Counted from the stretch's first letter, positions 12,834-26,268 are shown. The stretch: 64,000 bases of DNA from Eledone cirrhosa (GCA_964016885.1 OZ024741.1:33232001-33296000); one strand, 5' to 3'. Notes: generated by a model from the sequence alone, not told the origin. A program made the numbers and translations.

Positions 12834-12970
12834 TTGAATTAGTATGGTATAGACAAGTACATATGTTATTTAGGTGTACACCAACCTGCGCACTTCGTCG
12901 AGTGCTCCAGCCTGCATACTGAGGTGTTGGTATACAACCAACATAAACTCAAAATCTATATAATATATAT

Positions 12971-13027
<57 letters not shown>

Positions 13028-13155
13028 GTGAGGTTTTTTTTACAAAATGAAAAATAACCGAGGTGTCCTACACGAGTGAAAGTATAAAGAAAAAGAGATG
13101 AAATCGAAAATGCAACTGGAGTCTTATTTTTTTTTTAAATATATTTATTTGGTTC

Positions 13156-13191
13156 CTTTACCGGTTTCGCAGTTCTTCTGCTTTTCAAAAG
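13156..13191 (-). ncRNA. Minimal hammerhead ribozyme, U3-A8 variant
   Basis: Minus strand CTT-TTGAAAA-GCAG AAGAA CTGC-GAA-ACCGGT-A-AAG. Confidence 0.65.
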
Positions 13192-13220
13192 TAGAGTTGA
13201 GATGGAGGGTCTGTGGTTTT

Positions 13221-13275
<55 letters not shown>

Positions 13276-13294
13276 TTATATATCTATATATATA

Positions 13295-13437
13295 TAGTTC
13301 GGATCTAGCTGTCAAAACGGCCGGAGCTCAGCCGTCGAGGTCCTGACTCTTTTCCTATTACCCACTCTACAACCCTAAATATCGAGTACTCTGGTGTGTT
13401 ATGGTCCTCCTGGTATCTTACCACACCTTCTTTGTTA
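13295..13437 (+). mobile_element. Family H short element carrying the 3' half of a hammerhead
   Basis: TAGCTGTC-(G)AAACGGC..GAGCTC.GCCGTC-GAGGT plus ~95-bp tail; other copies at 11758, 27966, 30336, 56199, 57325 and 58178. Confidence 0.75.
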
Positions 13438-13483
13438 TATATATATGTATGTGTGTGTGTTTGTGCGTGCGTGCGTGTCTGTA

Positions 13484-13541
<58 letters not shown>

Positions 13542-13867
13542 GGGGGGGGGGTGTATATATGTGTGTGTGTGTGTATGTGTGTATGTATGTATGTATGTGT
13601 ATATATATATATGTAAATATGTTAATATGTTGTTTATTTGACATCATAGATAATCAACAATTACATCACTGGTTGTGTGTTACTCAGCGGACCAATCACT
13701 GATTCACTGCATTTCTAACAGTGAACCTTCTAAAGGGAGTGACTCAGTGAATTTGTGGGCAGAATAAATACCTCAAGGGACTTCGTTAGCAGATCACCTG
13801 TTTTTGTGTTGTTTTGTTTTGTTTATTCTCGATATTGTTTTGTAACAATTCCACTGACACATTAAGG

Positions 13868-13953
13868 ATGAAACTATGGAACAAAAGACACTGGGCATGG
13901 GACAGATGGACATCCGAATACTTCACTCGTCCAAGAAGTGGACATTGTGGCAG
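13868..13953 (+). CDS. Possible first coding exon of an unidentified host gene (MKLWNKRHWAWDRWTSEYFTRPRSGHCG)
   Basis: Apparently unique sequence; upstream CCAAT (~13692), TGACTCA and AATAAATA; strong donor CAG|GTGAGC; no recognised homology. Confidence 0.25.
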
Positions 13954-14092
13954 GTGAGCAGCTAAAAACAGACATCACCTAGCAACGGCTAAAGGAGGGA
14001 AGGATGGTGATAAGAGTTTGGTATGATTGGCAGAGAGAGGGGGAGAGAGGAGGGGAGAGATTGGGGGAAGTAGTTGATTCTAACATGCAATA

Positions 14093-14275
14093 ATTATTTC
14101 TACTTTTGGCACAAGGCCAGCAAATACTCAGTGCATTACTGGTACTTTATTTTATCGACCCCGTAAGGATGAAAGGCAAAGTTAACCTTGGCGGGATTTG
14201 AACTCAGAAAGGAAAGGGCAGTAATTCTATGAGTCAAAGATTGGCGTTCGACCCACTACCGATACTGCCAATCCA
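14093..14275 (-). mobile_element. Family A SINE
   Basis: Reverse complement of consensus. Confidence 0.88.
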
Positions 14276-14525
14276 CCCCCATTCAATAATGAAATCTCTC
14301 CAAAGAATTGGATCCAATGAGTTAGGGAAAGAGGACAGAACATTCAACTGAAAGAGGATAGATCATTCAACTGTTAAAATGGGACTCCTGCATAGGCTTG
14401 GCTAGCGCATAGCTAGAACAAGATATAGTACTGAAGATACGTACATGCATATGTACACGCAGGTATACATATATACGCAAGTATACATACATACAAACAA
14501 ACATGCATACATACCTGTATTCATA

Positions 14526-14723
14526 CGAGGAGGTGCTGAGAAGTACATAAACTGACTATGAAGCAGTGATGCTAGAGCTGTGAAATGCTCCATGGATTAA
14601 TTTCAACTCTTCTTATTAATAACCGCATTCTTTCTTTCTAGGGAATATGTTGAAAAATACACCTCATTTGGTTATTCCATGAGAGTATCTTGGTCCTCTT
14701 ACGTACTTTTCAGCCGACCCTAG
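14526..14723. mobile_element. Mariner-type MITE
   Basis: TA|CGAGGAGGTGCTGAGAAGT ... ACTTTTCAGCCGACCCTAG|TA; imperfect TIRs with TA duplication. Confidence 0.65.
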
Positions 14724-14834
14724 TACACACATACAAAAATGTTTGACTGAACACGAACGGGTTTTTATTGTTTTTTTCCCCGTTTTTGTCCATTCCTTCC
14801 TTTTCTCACTCTTTATCTTTTATTTCTCATTCTA

Positions 14835-14965
14835 TCTTCTGATGAAAGACTAGTGCCCGATACGTGAAACCATTTTTTCCTATTATTACTCCTATTCGAA
14901 TGTTAAACTAATATATTACTTCAATGTACTGTGTCGTTTGCTGTGTTATTTCTGTTTACTTTTTA
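14835..14965 (+). mobile_element. Penelope-like terminal repeat copy with decayed HHR
   Basis: TCTTCTGATGAAAGACTAGTGCCCGATACG...GTTAAACTAATATATT..., shared with 31216, 33746 and 4730. Confidence 0.6.
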
Positions 14966-14973
14966 CACACACG

Positions 14974-15067
<94 letters not shown>

Positions 15068-15543
15068 AACATAAATTATCGAGAATCGCATTTCGGCCCA
15101 CGAAATAACGAAAAACAACCTCCGAGATGTGTGGCAAGTGCTCAATGATTCAGATGAACCAGAGCTATAACAAACGTTAAAGGCCAAACACACTGAGACG
15201 ATGGTTAAACAATCATTCGCATAGCCCCAAAAAAACGATCAAGTAATTCGGGTCAAACAAATAAAAAATATATGTGATTGAAAATTTACCCGGACCCCTG
15301 GAAGGTTGGTAAAATCCAGTATTTGGGTTTCTGCGGCTCCTAAATCAAGTACTGTCCGCTTACATAAATAATGTTAGGCTTCTGGTAAGATGATTGAACA
15401 AGGAAGCCACTTTCTCAACAGGTTTTAGTTCAATGTTAATACAAGGACTGACTATTGCTGACTCCACGTGGGGATCGGCAAGGGAGGCAATCCCTATATC
15501 AGGCGAATGAATTCAGTTGTGTATATTTTTGCAAGAATGCAAA

Positions 15544-15608
<65 letters not shown>

Positions 15609-15615
<7 letters not shown>

Positions 15616-16208
15616 TAGCGAAACAAACGGTTATTAAACAATTTTCTAAATAAATTAAAAAATGATTAAATAATCACCTGTTCAGATGCTGTTACCGACG
15701 GTTTCATCATTCCGAAAGATTGGAAATCCAACGAATTTCCAATGGAAAGTTCTATAATTTATTCTCCTTACGTAGAGAACAAAACGTTGAATAGTGCTGC
15801 TAATTTTAGTGGAAATTCGACATGTTTATAATATCCAGCTTTTATCAGCGACCTGATTTGCGTGTGTGTCACTTTAACGGCTTGACCGCATGCGTTGGGC
15901 AGGGAGCATAATATTTACTTGCTATACCTTATAGCGTGGAAATAGGGCTGTCTGAAGATTCATTTCTTTCCATTGGAAATTCGTTGGATTTCCAATCTTT
16001 CGGAATGATGAAACCGTCGGTAACAGCATCTGAACAGGTGATTATTTAATCATTTTTTAATTTATTTAGAAAATTGTTTAATAACCGTTTGTTTCGCTAC
16101 TTTTATATTGTTCTGGTATCTCGAATTAGTGCCATTAAACCACATGTATTATAAACAACTTGAATATTTCTACAAGTACATTGTACCTGTTGAAGTATCC
16201 ATCCACTT

Positions 16209-16215
<7 letters not shown>
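15609..16215 (+). mobile_element. HHR element with a ~141-bp apparently perfect 5' inverted duplication
   Basis: Arms 15609-15749 and 15966-16106; flanked by (TA)n. Confidence 0.8.
15947..16027 (+). ncRNA. Type I hammerhead ribozyme with long stem II
   Basis: GCTGT-CTGAAGA-long hairpin-GAA-ACC GTC GGT-A-ACAGC; predicted cleavage GUA after 16022. Confidence 0.72.
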
Positions 16216-16257
<42 letters not shown>

Positions 16258-16342
16258 CAAAAATATATATTGAGTTAAAAATTGGTCAAATTAGTCCCTT
16301 ATAATCAAAGTAGCTCAAGGGAAAAGATTTTCCAAACCTAAT

Positions 16343-16615
16343 AATTTTTTCTACTTTTGGCACAAAGCCAGCAATTAAACCACTGCATTACTGGTACTTT
16401 ATTTTATCGACCACGGGATTTGGACTCAGACCGCTGCAAAGCATGGCGTTCAACCCTCTACCGTTATTACCAATCCACTGCGAGCCTAATAATTGTTTCT
16501 ATTTTGGGCACAATGCAAGCAATTATCCCAGTGTATTACTGGTACTTTATTTTATCGACCCCCTAAGATGAAAGGCAAAGTTAACCTCGGTGAGTTTTGA
16601 ACTCTAATACCATAA
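16343..16615 (-). mobile_element. Two partial family A SINEs
   Basis: Reverse complement of consensus, with deletions. Confidence 0.8.
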
Positions 16616-16840
16616 AGAGAGACGAACACAGATATATACTTATATGCGTTCAAATCACAAGTGACAAAAAACCGCCAGGGTGAAGCGAATACTGACTAAG
16701 ATAATAAGGTTCACAAGACTCAATTAAAAGGATAAATTAAGATTTACAAACCGATTATGATATCTGTCAACATCCAGACAGCTTTGGGTAGGACTGTTCA
16801 CAAATCAGTGGAGAGAGTTAGAGATCTTGTGGTCTTCATT

Positions 16841-16927
<87 letters not shown>

Positions 16928-17056
16928 TATACTTATATATACACTATATATAATTATAAACAGTAAGAAAAATAGCTCAATGTAAATAGATCATATATTT
17001 TACAGATCCGGAATATAAATTACAGAATAATCAAAACTATGTTCAAAACATTTTAT

Positions 17057-17103
17057 TGCTGACAATCGTTTCTTCCAAATTTTCGTTTGAAATCATCGGA
17101 GCA
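17057..17103 (-). ncRNA. Type I hammerhead ribozyme motif (U4C)
   Basis: Minus strand TGCT-CCGATGA-TTTCAAA CGAAAA TTTGGAA-GAA-ACGATTGT-C-AGCA. Confidence 0.62.
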
Positions 17104-17428
17104 CTAGCAAAGTTTAGACTTATAATTAACCTCCTATTCTACAGAACAATCGTAAAGATACATAGATGTTATTGTTGTCATTAACAGTGTCATATTTAAA
17201 GAGTGAAGGTGATGTGGTCAGTATCAGTGGATGCGACAAAGATTATAAAAGAATAAAAGAATAATACAATAATTATAGAGGAATTAAAAAAGAAAGTTAC
17301 TCGCAAAATGAGGATATTAGCAGTACACATATGCAAGCGTACACCTGCCAAGTGTCAGAGCTAGTGAAAATATATGCTATTTTCTAAAATATACAGTGAC
17401 TGATTGGCCTGATTTGCATATTAGCAGA

Positions 17429-17501
<73 letters not shown>

Positions 17502-18223
17502 GATGGATTCAGTTTGAAACTGGTTAGACCATTACTCCACAGAGAACTCAAAATTTGAGGTAAAAAAGTATTATCACTTATAATTGTTTCTACTTTTGGT
17601 ACAAGGCTAGTAATTAGCCCAGTGTATTACTGGTACTTTATTTTATGGACCCCGTAAGGTTGAAAGGCAAAGTTAGATAATGAAATGAATTTACAATTGG
17701 ATAAATAAGGTATGCCCTTTTGGACAAACAATGTTCTCTGTTGATACAGTCAATTAGCCACCAACCCCTTCGGTAATCAGTCTAGAACTAGCTGTTGATA
17801 CGGCAAGAGCTCAGCTGTCGGATCCGTACACTTTATAATATGTATATATGTGTGTATGTGTGTCTGTGTATGTGTGTGTGTGTGTATGTGTTAATGTGTG
17901 AGTTTATGTGTGTGTATGTGCGTGCGTGTGTGTGTACATTGTGTACATGTGTGTGTATGTGTACATGCGTTTGGATGTGTATGTACGTGTGTGTGTGCAT
18001 GTGTACTTATGCGTGTGCATGTGTGTGTATATATGTATGTACATGTGTGCATGTGTATGTGTTGCCAGTTGTGAGAGATATTCATTACTAATCCACATCC
18101 AATCCCTCATATATTGAACAGACTTCAACCTAATTAGATACCACAGAAATTTTAATTGATTTATTTAAGATGATGGATTTAATCATTGAAGTAATTATAG
18201 ATAAGTGTCTTAGTACGACTGGT

Positions 18224-19052
<829 letters not shown>

Positions 19053-19399
19053 CTTACATAGATGCTTACATACATACATTCACACATACTTATATATGCA
19101 TACATGCAGAGGTATGCTTATTTGAATGCATATAGTCCTTCACACAAACGCACACACACGCATGCACATACCACCACACAGATGCACACGTGTGTATACA
19201 CTCACACATACACACTTACAAACTACCTCGTAAATACACTTTACCCCCCCCCCCCCCCATACACTGAAGCAATTACATGAGTTCTAATTAAGTAATTAAT
19301 CACTTTTACTTATTCACCCATTCGTTAGGTCTATCATGGTACTAAACAACAACCACAAAACCACTGACTGATCGAAAAACCTATTCTCGGGTCTCGAAT

Positions 19400-20115
19400 A
19401 ATCGTCCCTAGAGTAAGTATGCCGAGTAAGAGACCCGAGAGTATGGGACATGAGATGAGGACCGGAGATTAAGGGACCCGAATTAGAGAACCGAGAGTAA
19501 CTATGTCATGTAGGGGACCTGAGAGGAAAGGACTCGAAAGTAAGTAGCTCAAGTAAACGACCCGAAAGTAAGTATCTCAAGTAAGGGACCCGAGAGTAAG
19601 TATCCCGATAATGGACCCAAGAGTATCTCAAGTAAAGGACCCTGTAGTATGTATCTCAAGTAAGGGACCCAAGAGTAAGTATCTCAATTAAGGGACCCGA
19701 GATTATCTCAAGTAATGGACCCGAGAGTAAGTATCCCAAGTAAGGGACCAGAGAATAAGTATCTCATGTAAGGGCCCCGTGAGTAAGTATCGCAAGTAAG
19801 GGACCCGAGAGTAAGTATCTCAAGTAAGGGATCCGAGAGGAAGTATCCTGAGTAAGGGACCCGAGAGTAAGTATCTCGAGTAAGGGACCCGAGAGTAAGT
19901 AGGTCAAGTAAGGGACCCGAGTGTAACTATTAGAGTAAGGGACCCGAGAGTAAGTAGATCAAGTAAGGGACCCGAGAATAAGTTGGTCAAGTAAGGGACC
20001 CGAGAATAAGTAGGCCAAGTAAGGGACCCGAGATTAAGTATCCCAAGTAAGGGACTCGAGAGTAAGTATCCCAAGTAAGGGACCCGAGTAAGAGACCCGA
20101 AAGTAAGTATCCCAG
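19400..20115. repeat. 28-bp minisatellite
   Basis: AAGTAAGGGACCCGAGAGTAAGTATCTC, about 25 diverged copies. Confidence 0.92.
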
Positions 20116-20599
20116 TCTTAACTATTAAACCAAGAATTACTCCAAAATACCTGAAAAATATTTACATTTCAATGGTTAGATAACTTTTAATATAATCTAT
20201 GTCCGACACTAACTATTGAGAACTATTTGGTAATATATATATCAAATCTATATTTTTAGGTAGCCATGTAATCACAAGCTACAGATGCATTCTCGGAGCT
20301 CCAAACTTTCATCTAACGAAACATCCAGATACCCAGGATGTCATGGTTAGAATAGAATACGAGATGGTTGCACTAGTACTGGGCCTCTATTTTCTTTTAC
20401 CCTTAAGCATTTAAACCGACCATATCCGGCCAGAATTCTCTCACTACTTTCTGTTCAAACTGACTGTAACTGGGCGCTCATACTGACAATTTATGTAGCA
20501 GTAGCTCGAGAGACAATACATATAACATAGACTAGAGGGGACAACATTGGTGAACCGAGTGAATAATGTCGGTTCCGGGAGGTAGCCATTCACTCTGAT

Positions 20600-21025
20600 G
20601 AAAGATCAGATGTTGTGCATTGCAGCGAATCAGCCGCTGAATACGGGCCCGAAGCTTTGAGGACTGCCGCCATGTAGCAATGGTCGACCCTATCGAAAGC
20701 TTTCAATTCATCTTAGCTGATCAAGGCTCCATCTGTGCTAGTTTCCTTAGCCACCTTCTCTTTGATGTATCGCATAATTTGGAGGTGGTCATGGATGGAG
20801 CAGTCCGGAATGGCGCAAGTTTACGCCCCCCCCCCCCTACCAAACTACTGACGAGCTCGCGAAGCTCACACCTGAGGGCAGCCAACACTGTGCCGACGGT
20901 GGTGAGTAGGGATGTTGTCCTAGGGCCAAGGACACCAGAAGTCTCCATTGCTACTAATTCGTTCACAAACCTTCGGAGAGCGACCGATATCTCGAGACTT
21001 TACGTTCCTCGGCCCGAGGTGCAGT
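20600..21025 (-). mobile_element. CRE-like non-LTR element, 3' restriction-like endonuclease remnant
   Basis: VAMETSGVLGPRTTSLLTTVG...LRE resembles the RLE C-terminal E-T-x-G-x-x-G motif. Confidence 0.45.
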
Positions 21026-22540
21026 AGAGCCAAGGTTTGTCACAGACTATGAACCACGGAAGTATAAAAACCCACGGTAGTCTCAGCAGGAATTGAACTC
21101 AGAACTAAAAGGCAGTAAGTAAATGTAGTATTGTATTTTGTCTGACAGTTTACCGATTCTATTATTGTCAGCTTTTTGTTCCTCACTGAATATTTATTTC
21201 TAGTTTGCTTTTGAAGGTTGCCTAGATTAATTATTTTGACACCAACTTACCAGTTGTTTTTCTTCTATGAATTATTTAAACTGTAATCTGTCGATCTTCA
21301 AAAGTCATCCTAAAGCAGAAACAGAAAAAAATCGCTATAGATAGAAGCAGTAAAAATGTAAACAAAATTCTGACATCTCCACCACTGATCACACACTATA
21401 AAGAAAATCATGCGACAGAGAAACTAAATATATATAGGGAGAGAAAACCATACAAAAAAATGTTTATAACCGTCATTTGAGAGGAATGGAATTTAGTGCA
21501 AATAAATACGAGCCTAGTTGCTGTTATTAGAATGCCCACAAAGAACCACTCTAAAGACCTGCCAATCTCCAAAAACCCAAATTGAGAGTACCATGAAAAA
21601 AAGTGCCCAAAACGGGAAGAAATGAGGCAAAAGGGGGATAATGAAAGCTATACCCATTTTTACGAGAGAACACATCTCTCACCCACTCAAAAGTAGGTGG
21701 GAAAATTCCCCGTCTGACTCAACCATGCTTCTAAGTGTCCAAGTTTCTCTCTGAGCTTCTGTTTATTTCGACACCAAACTCACTATAATTTGTGTTACAA
21801 AAACTCAGGGATCCTTTGTTGTTCTACAGAAAGAAAACCCACTATAACTAATAATATTTTTGTTAACCATTTAAAGATTTAGTTTAGAAATATCTATATT
21901 ACAAAAGGATAGCTAGATTTAATAACAACGACTTCAGCTAATACAAGAACGGAAGCAGCCAGAAGGAAAATGTTAATAGTTAATGAGTGTGAATAAATGT
22001 ATTTGCAAATGGAAAACGATGACATCAGCGATCACTCTGTTTCCATGTTATAACAATAATGAATCGAAATACCTTCATACTGATAAACATATATCATACA
22101 ATGATTGCTGTGAACAGCATGCTAAAGCTGCACAACATTATTGTGGACTAGCAGAAAAACCACCCTCGGGTGGTTTTCTGCTAGCATATGTAGTGTGTAT
22201 ATTGATATTATACACAAATATATATGCATGTAGATATGATACATCAAATAAAATCGTAATTGACAATATACACAGAAATTGAACGAAGTCTATGTTACAC
22301 TGTCTTATGTAATCAGTAAAGTAATCCAAAATACATTTTAAAAAAGACGATATTATATATAAACTGCATTAGGAGAAAATTAGCGACGGAAATAATATGC
22401 GATATTTTTATAAGTGTTATAATATAACGGCCGCTAACCGGAAGTGTTGACATTTGAAAATGTTAAAGAAGTGAATCTTTAAAATAAGCTATAAATTATA
22501 TTTAATCAAAAGCCACGAAATTTAGCACATAAATTATGCA

Positions 22541-22997
22541 TGGATTGGCAGTATCGGTAGAGGGTCGGAGGCTATGCTTTGCAGCATAGTTACGTCCTTT
22601 TACGGACTGAGTTCAAATCCCGCCGAGGTTAACTAACTTTGCTTTTCATCCTTACGGGGTCGATAAAATAAAGTACCAGTAATGCACTGGTGAATTGCTG
22701 GCCTTGTGCCAAAAGTAGAAACAATTATTTATTCAAAGTAATCCAACTTATTTTACAAACGGGGTAAAAAAAATATATTCTGGACGCAGTCCCGCACTCC
22801 TTTCTTTATTATAGTTAAGATTGGCAGTATCGGTAGAGGGTCGGACGCCATGCTTTATAGCAAAGAGTTAGGGCCTTTATGGTCTGAGTTCAAATCCCGC
22901 CAAGGTTAACTTTGCCTTTCATCCTGACGGGGTCGATAAAATAAAGTACCAGTAATGCACTGGGATAATTGCTGGCCTTGTCCCAAAAGTAGAAACA
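22541..22997 (+). mobile_element. Two family A SINEs (22541-22727, 22818-22997)
   Basis: Match to consensus. Confidence 0.88.
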
Positions 22998-23438
22998 GCC
23001 TAAACTTTCACAAGGCTAACTGGAAAAAGATCAAAAAAGAGCTCCAGAAGCCAAAATGGAGCGACATCACCGCACAAGACACCAACACACATTTTCAAAA
23101 TTTCATGACAACAATACAAACTATATGCCATAAGTTTGTCTCGGAGAAAAAGGCTAACGGACACAAAATGTTATTCCCAGAGACAGGAAAATCCTTATGA
23201 GACAATGGACTAAATTATCAAACCACTTAAATGTACAACAAAAAAACAAGAAGGAATCCTATCTGGAACAGGCACTACTTGAAATTGAAACTGCACTCAA
23301 ACTTTCCCATGGAGGAGGGGACAGAGAGTGAAGCCAGGACCATAGAAAATATCAAAAAACAAACCCTAAGGCCTTCTTTAAATTTGCAAAAGAGACTGCC
23401 TCGGTACACTGCAAGATTGAGCCACTCTTCCATAAAGA
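22998..23438 (+). mobile_element. CR1/Jockey-group LINE fragment (EN-RT linker)
   Basis: LNFHKANWKKIKKEL...ICHKFV; ENIKK.NPKAFFKFAK after a frameshift. Confidence 0.65.
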
Positions 23439-23769
23439 TTTAAATTAAATAGATGACGCAGTTCTGGATTGCGTCTTTTGAGGATATCATTTATGTAACT
23501 CTAGAGGTGAGCGAGGGTTTGGGGGAAATAACGTGTGTTAGAAAGAGTCGAAAGGTGGAGGTCTCTGTAGTACAATAAATCACAAAATGAGATATGTCAA
23601 AAATATCAATAATGAATAAAGGATAGAATAAAATAAGATAAATTAGCCAAATTATGTGTGTAAAATAAATGGTCGATGTATGAATTAAATATGATAAAAT
23701 ATGAGGAAAATGTATAAAACTATATAGTCACAAATATGTTAATTACAGAACAATCAAAGAAATGACATA

Positions 23770-24026
23770 GTTAGAATGTCTGAGGAAAAATAAATGGACA
23801 GATTTCACGGGCAAAACCAACTGGCAGGAAACCTAGAGGTAGACCCCGAGAAAGATGGTTGGATAATATCCATGAGTTTGGCTGGTCTCGCTTAGGGGTT
23901 CCAGCAGGATCAGTTGGAGTTGGTTGCTTTTGACAAGAACCGCTGGAAAGGGGTGCTTGAGTACTCTTCCACCATGACCCTCTCAAGAAGAAGAAGAAGA
24001 AGAAGAAGAAGAAGAAGAAGAAGAAG
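23770..24026 (+). mobile_element. RTE (Expander-like) LINE 3' end with (GAA)n tail
   Basis: KPTGRKPRGRPRERWLDNIHEFGWSRLG; homologous to 35205, 52655 and 53275. Confidence 0.7.
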
Positions 24027-24049
24027 CTCAGACAAACTAACGTTGCAAG

Positions 24050-24765
24050 TATAAATCCGGATCGAATCTTCCTAGGATCAACACTGTCTCACCTGCCTCC
24101 GCCCCACCTCACAGCCAAACAGTGGTGCTTGGCTCAATTCAGGTCCTTCCTCATCAATTCAAGTCCTATCCTACTTGATGATGAGTGCACCCACATTGGA
24201 GTGGCACTGCACCACGCCCTCCGCGTGTGTGAGCCCCATAAATGCCGTTGTGGAGCTGTTGTTAATAAATCCAGTCTGCACCCATTATATTGCCGCCTTA
24301 GTGCAGGCCAACTCCCCAGTCCCGCTGCTTTTGACGATACCATCAGAAGGAGTCTCGACGCAGTCGGTTTCCCATCACAATTGGAGCCGGCTGGCCTCGA
24401 CCGTGGCGATGGCAAACGCCCGACGGATTAACCCTATTCCGTTTCGAGGGAGGCAAATACCTTATTTGGGACGCAACTTGCTGCAACTCGTTCTCCGCTT
24501 CCAGGATTGTCGTTTCGGTCACAAACCTGGGATCCACTGTCCGCAATGCAGAGGAAAAGATGACAGTTAAATACCTCTTTGTACTGGTCTCCGTTAAGAC
24601 ATCTGATGTTGGTCCCTGTATAGCTGATTTCCTCCATAAAATCGGAAAGACGGCGGTCCGCTTGAAGATGGAGTCCTGATAAGTCGGGTGGCTGTTGTAG
24701 CGGGTGTCTCTGGCCATTCTCCGCGGTAATGCCTTTATCATTTTGTTCGCGGGGCGAGGTTGACG
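24050..24765 (+). mobile_element. CRE-clade non-LTR retrotransposon 3' fragment (zinc knuckle + RLE)
   Basis: CRCGAVVNKSSLHPLYC; LEPAGLDRGDGKRP(DG)...WDATC; SLAILRGNA. Confidence 0.8.
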
Positions 24766-24872
24766 TGCCGCACAGACTGGCGTGTAGTGTCTGTCTCGAC
24801 CCCTCTCACTTTCTTTCGTTGCTTAATTCTTTTGTCTTTTTTTTTTCTTTTCATTTCCTTTTTTGTTCCCTG

Positions 24873-25200
24873 TGAAGGCGCATGGCTTAGTGGTTAGAGC
24901 ATCGGACTTACAATCGTTAGGTTGTAAGTTCAATTCTCAGACCGGGCTTTGTGCTGTGTTCTTGAGCAAGTCACTTTATTTCATATTGCTCCAGTTCACT
25001 CAGCTGTAGAAATGAGTTGCGACGTCACTGGTGACAAGCTGTATCAGCCATTCCCTTTCCTTTGGACAACATCAGTGGTGTGGAGAGGGGAGGTTGGTAT
25101 GTATGGGTGACAGCTGGTCTTCCAGAAACAACCTTGTCGGAGGAGAACTTTCTAGGTGCAAATCCGATGGTCATTCGTAACCGAAGGAGGCCTTTACCCC
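24873..25200 (+). mobile_element. tRNA-derived SINE family B
   Basis: GGCGCATGGCTTAGTGGTTAGAGC head; central GTTCTTGAGCAAG.CACTTTATTTCA...CTCCAGTTCACTCAGCTGTA; partial copies at 26269-26415, 26824-27110 and 57555-57650. Confidence 0.82.
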
Positions 25201-25724
25201 TTATGTTCCTTTTTGATAGTGTTTTGTTTTTTTGTAAAGAGCTTCGTAAAATAAAATTGTGGAATAAAAGAAAATACACGGTGTCAAAACTATTCAGTGT
25301 ACTAATATGACATGCGTTTTGGGGTTGAGCAGAAAACTGTTGGGAAAGTGTCAAAAGTCTGGCTCAATCGTATATGGTTTATTAAGTGCATTTAGTTACG
25401 CCATTGTCGCACGTAATTCGTTTAATTTCTGTTATTGTTTTGTTTTTGTCGATGTATTTTTTTAATTATAAACAATTGTGTGCTGACAGAGTCTTAGCGG
25501 TACTTCAAGACTCGAATTAAATTTAAAGCTAATAAATTTCCGATCAGAACATCGGAAGTTGAAAGATAAAATGTGAAGATTAATAAAAATTGATATACAG
25601 TTTGTAAATTGAATCACGAATTCAAATTCTAACCTAGTATTTCTGTGTTTTAATCTGATGTATCATTTCTCTAAATGTTATAAATTTGAATGTTGTGCGT
25701 ATGGTATCTGCAAAATAGAATAAA

Positions 25725-26046
25725 ACTGAGGCACTCCGTCGGTTACGACGACGAATATTCCGATTGATCCGATCAACGGAACAGCCTGCTCGCGTAATTA
25801 ATGTGCAAGTGACTGAGCATTCCACAGACATGTATACTCCTAATGTAGTTCTCGGGAGATTCAGCGTGACACAGAATGTGACAAGGTTGGCCCTTCGAAT
25901 TACAGGTACAACTCATTTTTTCCAGCTGTGTTGACTGGAGTGACGTGAATAAAGTGTCTTGTTCAAGGACATAGCGCTCTACCAGGAATCGAACCACCCT
26001 ACGATCGTAAGCCAAATACCCTAACCACAAAACCACGCGTCTTCAC
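25725..26046 (-). mobile_element. tRNA-derived SINE sharing the family B head/core, different tail
   Basis: Minus strand GTGGTTAGGGTATT...GGTTCGATTCC...TCCTTGAACAAGACACTTTATTCAC. Confidence 0.78.
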
Positions 26047-26150
26047 TGGACATGGAATACACACTGCAAATGTAGTATGATAATTAAATAGAAATATTTA
26101 ACCCATTAATATACTAATGCACTGTGCATGAAGAAGAAAGGCAGCGATTA

Positions 26151-26268
26151 TAGGGTTGTTAAAACCTTGGATTAAATCCCGGCGATTTGATAGGGTTGTT
26201 AAAACCTTGGATTAAGTCCCGGCGATCAGATAGGGTTGTTAAAACCTTGGATTAAATCCCCGCTATTT
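26151..26268. repeat. 40-bp tandem repeat x3 (fourth partial copy at ~26533-26561)
   Basis: TAGGGTTGTTAAAACCTTGGATTAAATCCCGGCGATTTGA. Confidence 0.88.

Noticed and set aside
15450-15512. Hammerhead-like fold on the minus strand (CTGATAT...stem...palindrome-GTC)
   Set aside because: Lacks G8/A9 and the GAAA core; too degenerate to call.
17497-17535. TGAGGA...GAAACTGGTT partial hammerhead after (TA)n
   Set aside because: No C3 or stem I 5' strand, and weak stem II.
26151-26268. Telomere-like TAGGGTT
   Set aside because: Single motif within a 40-bp unit, not a (TTAGGG)n array.
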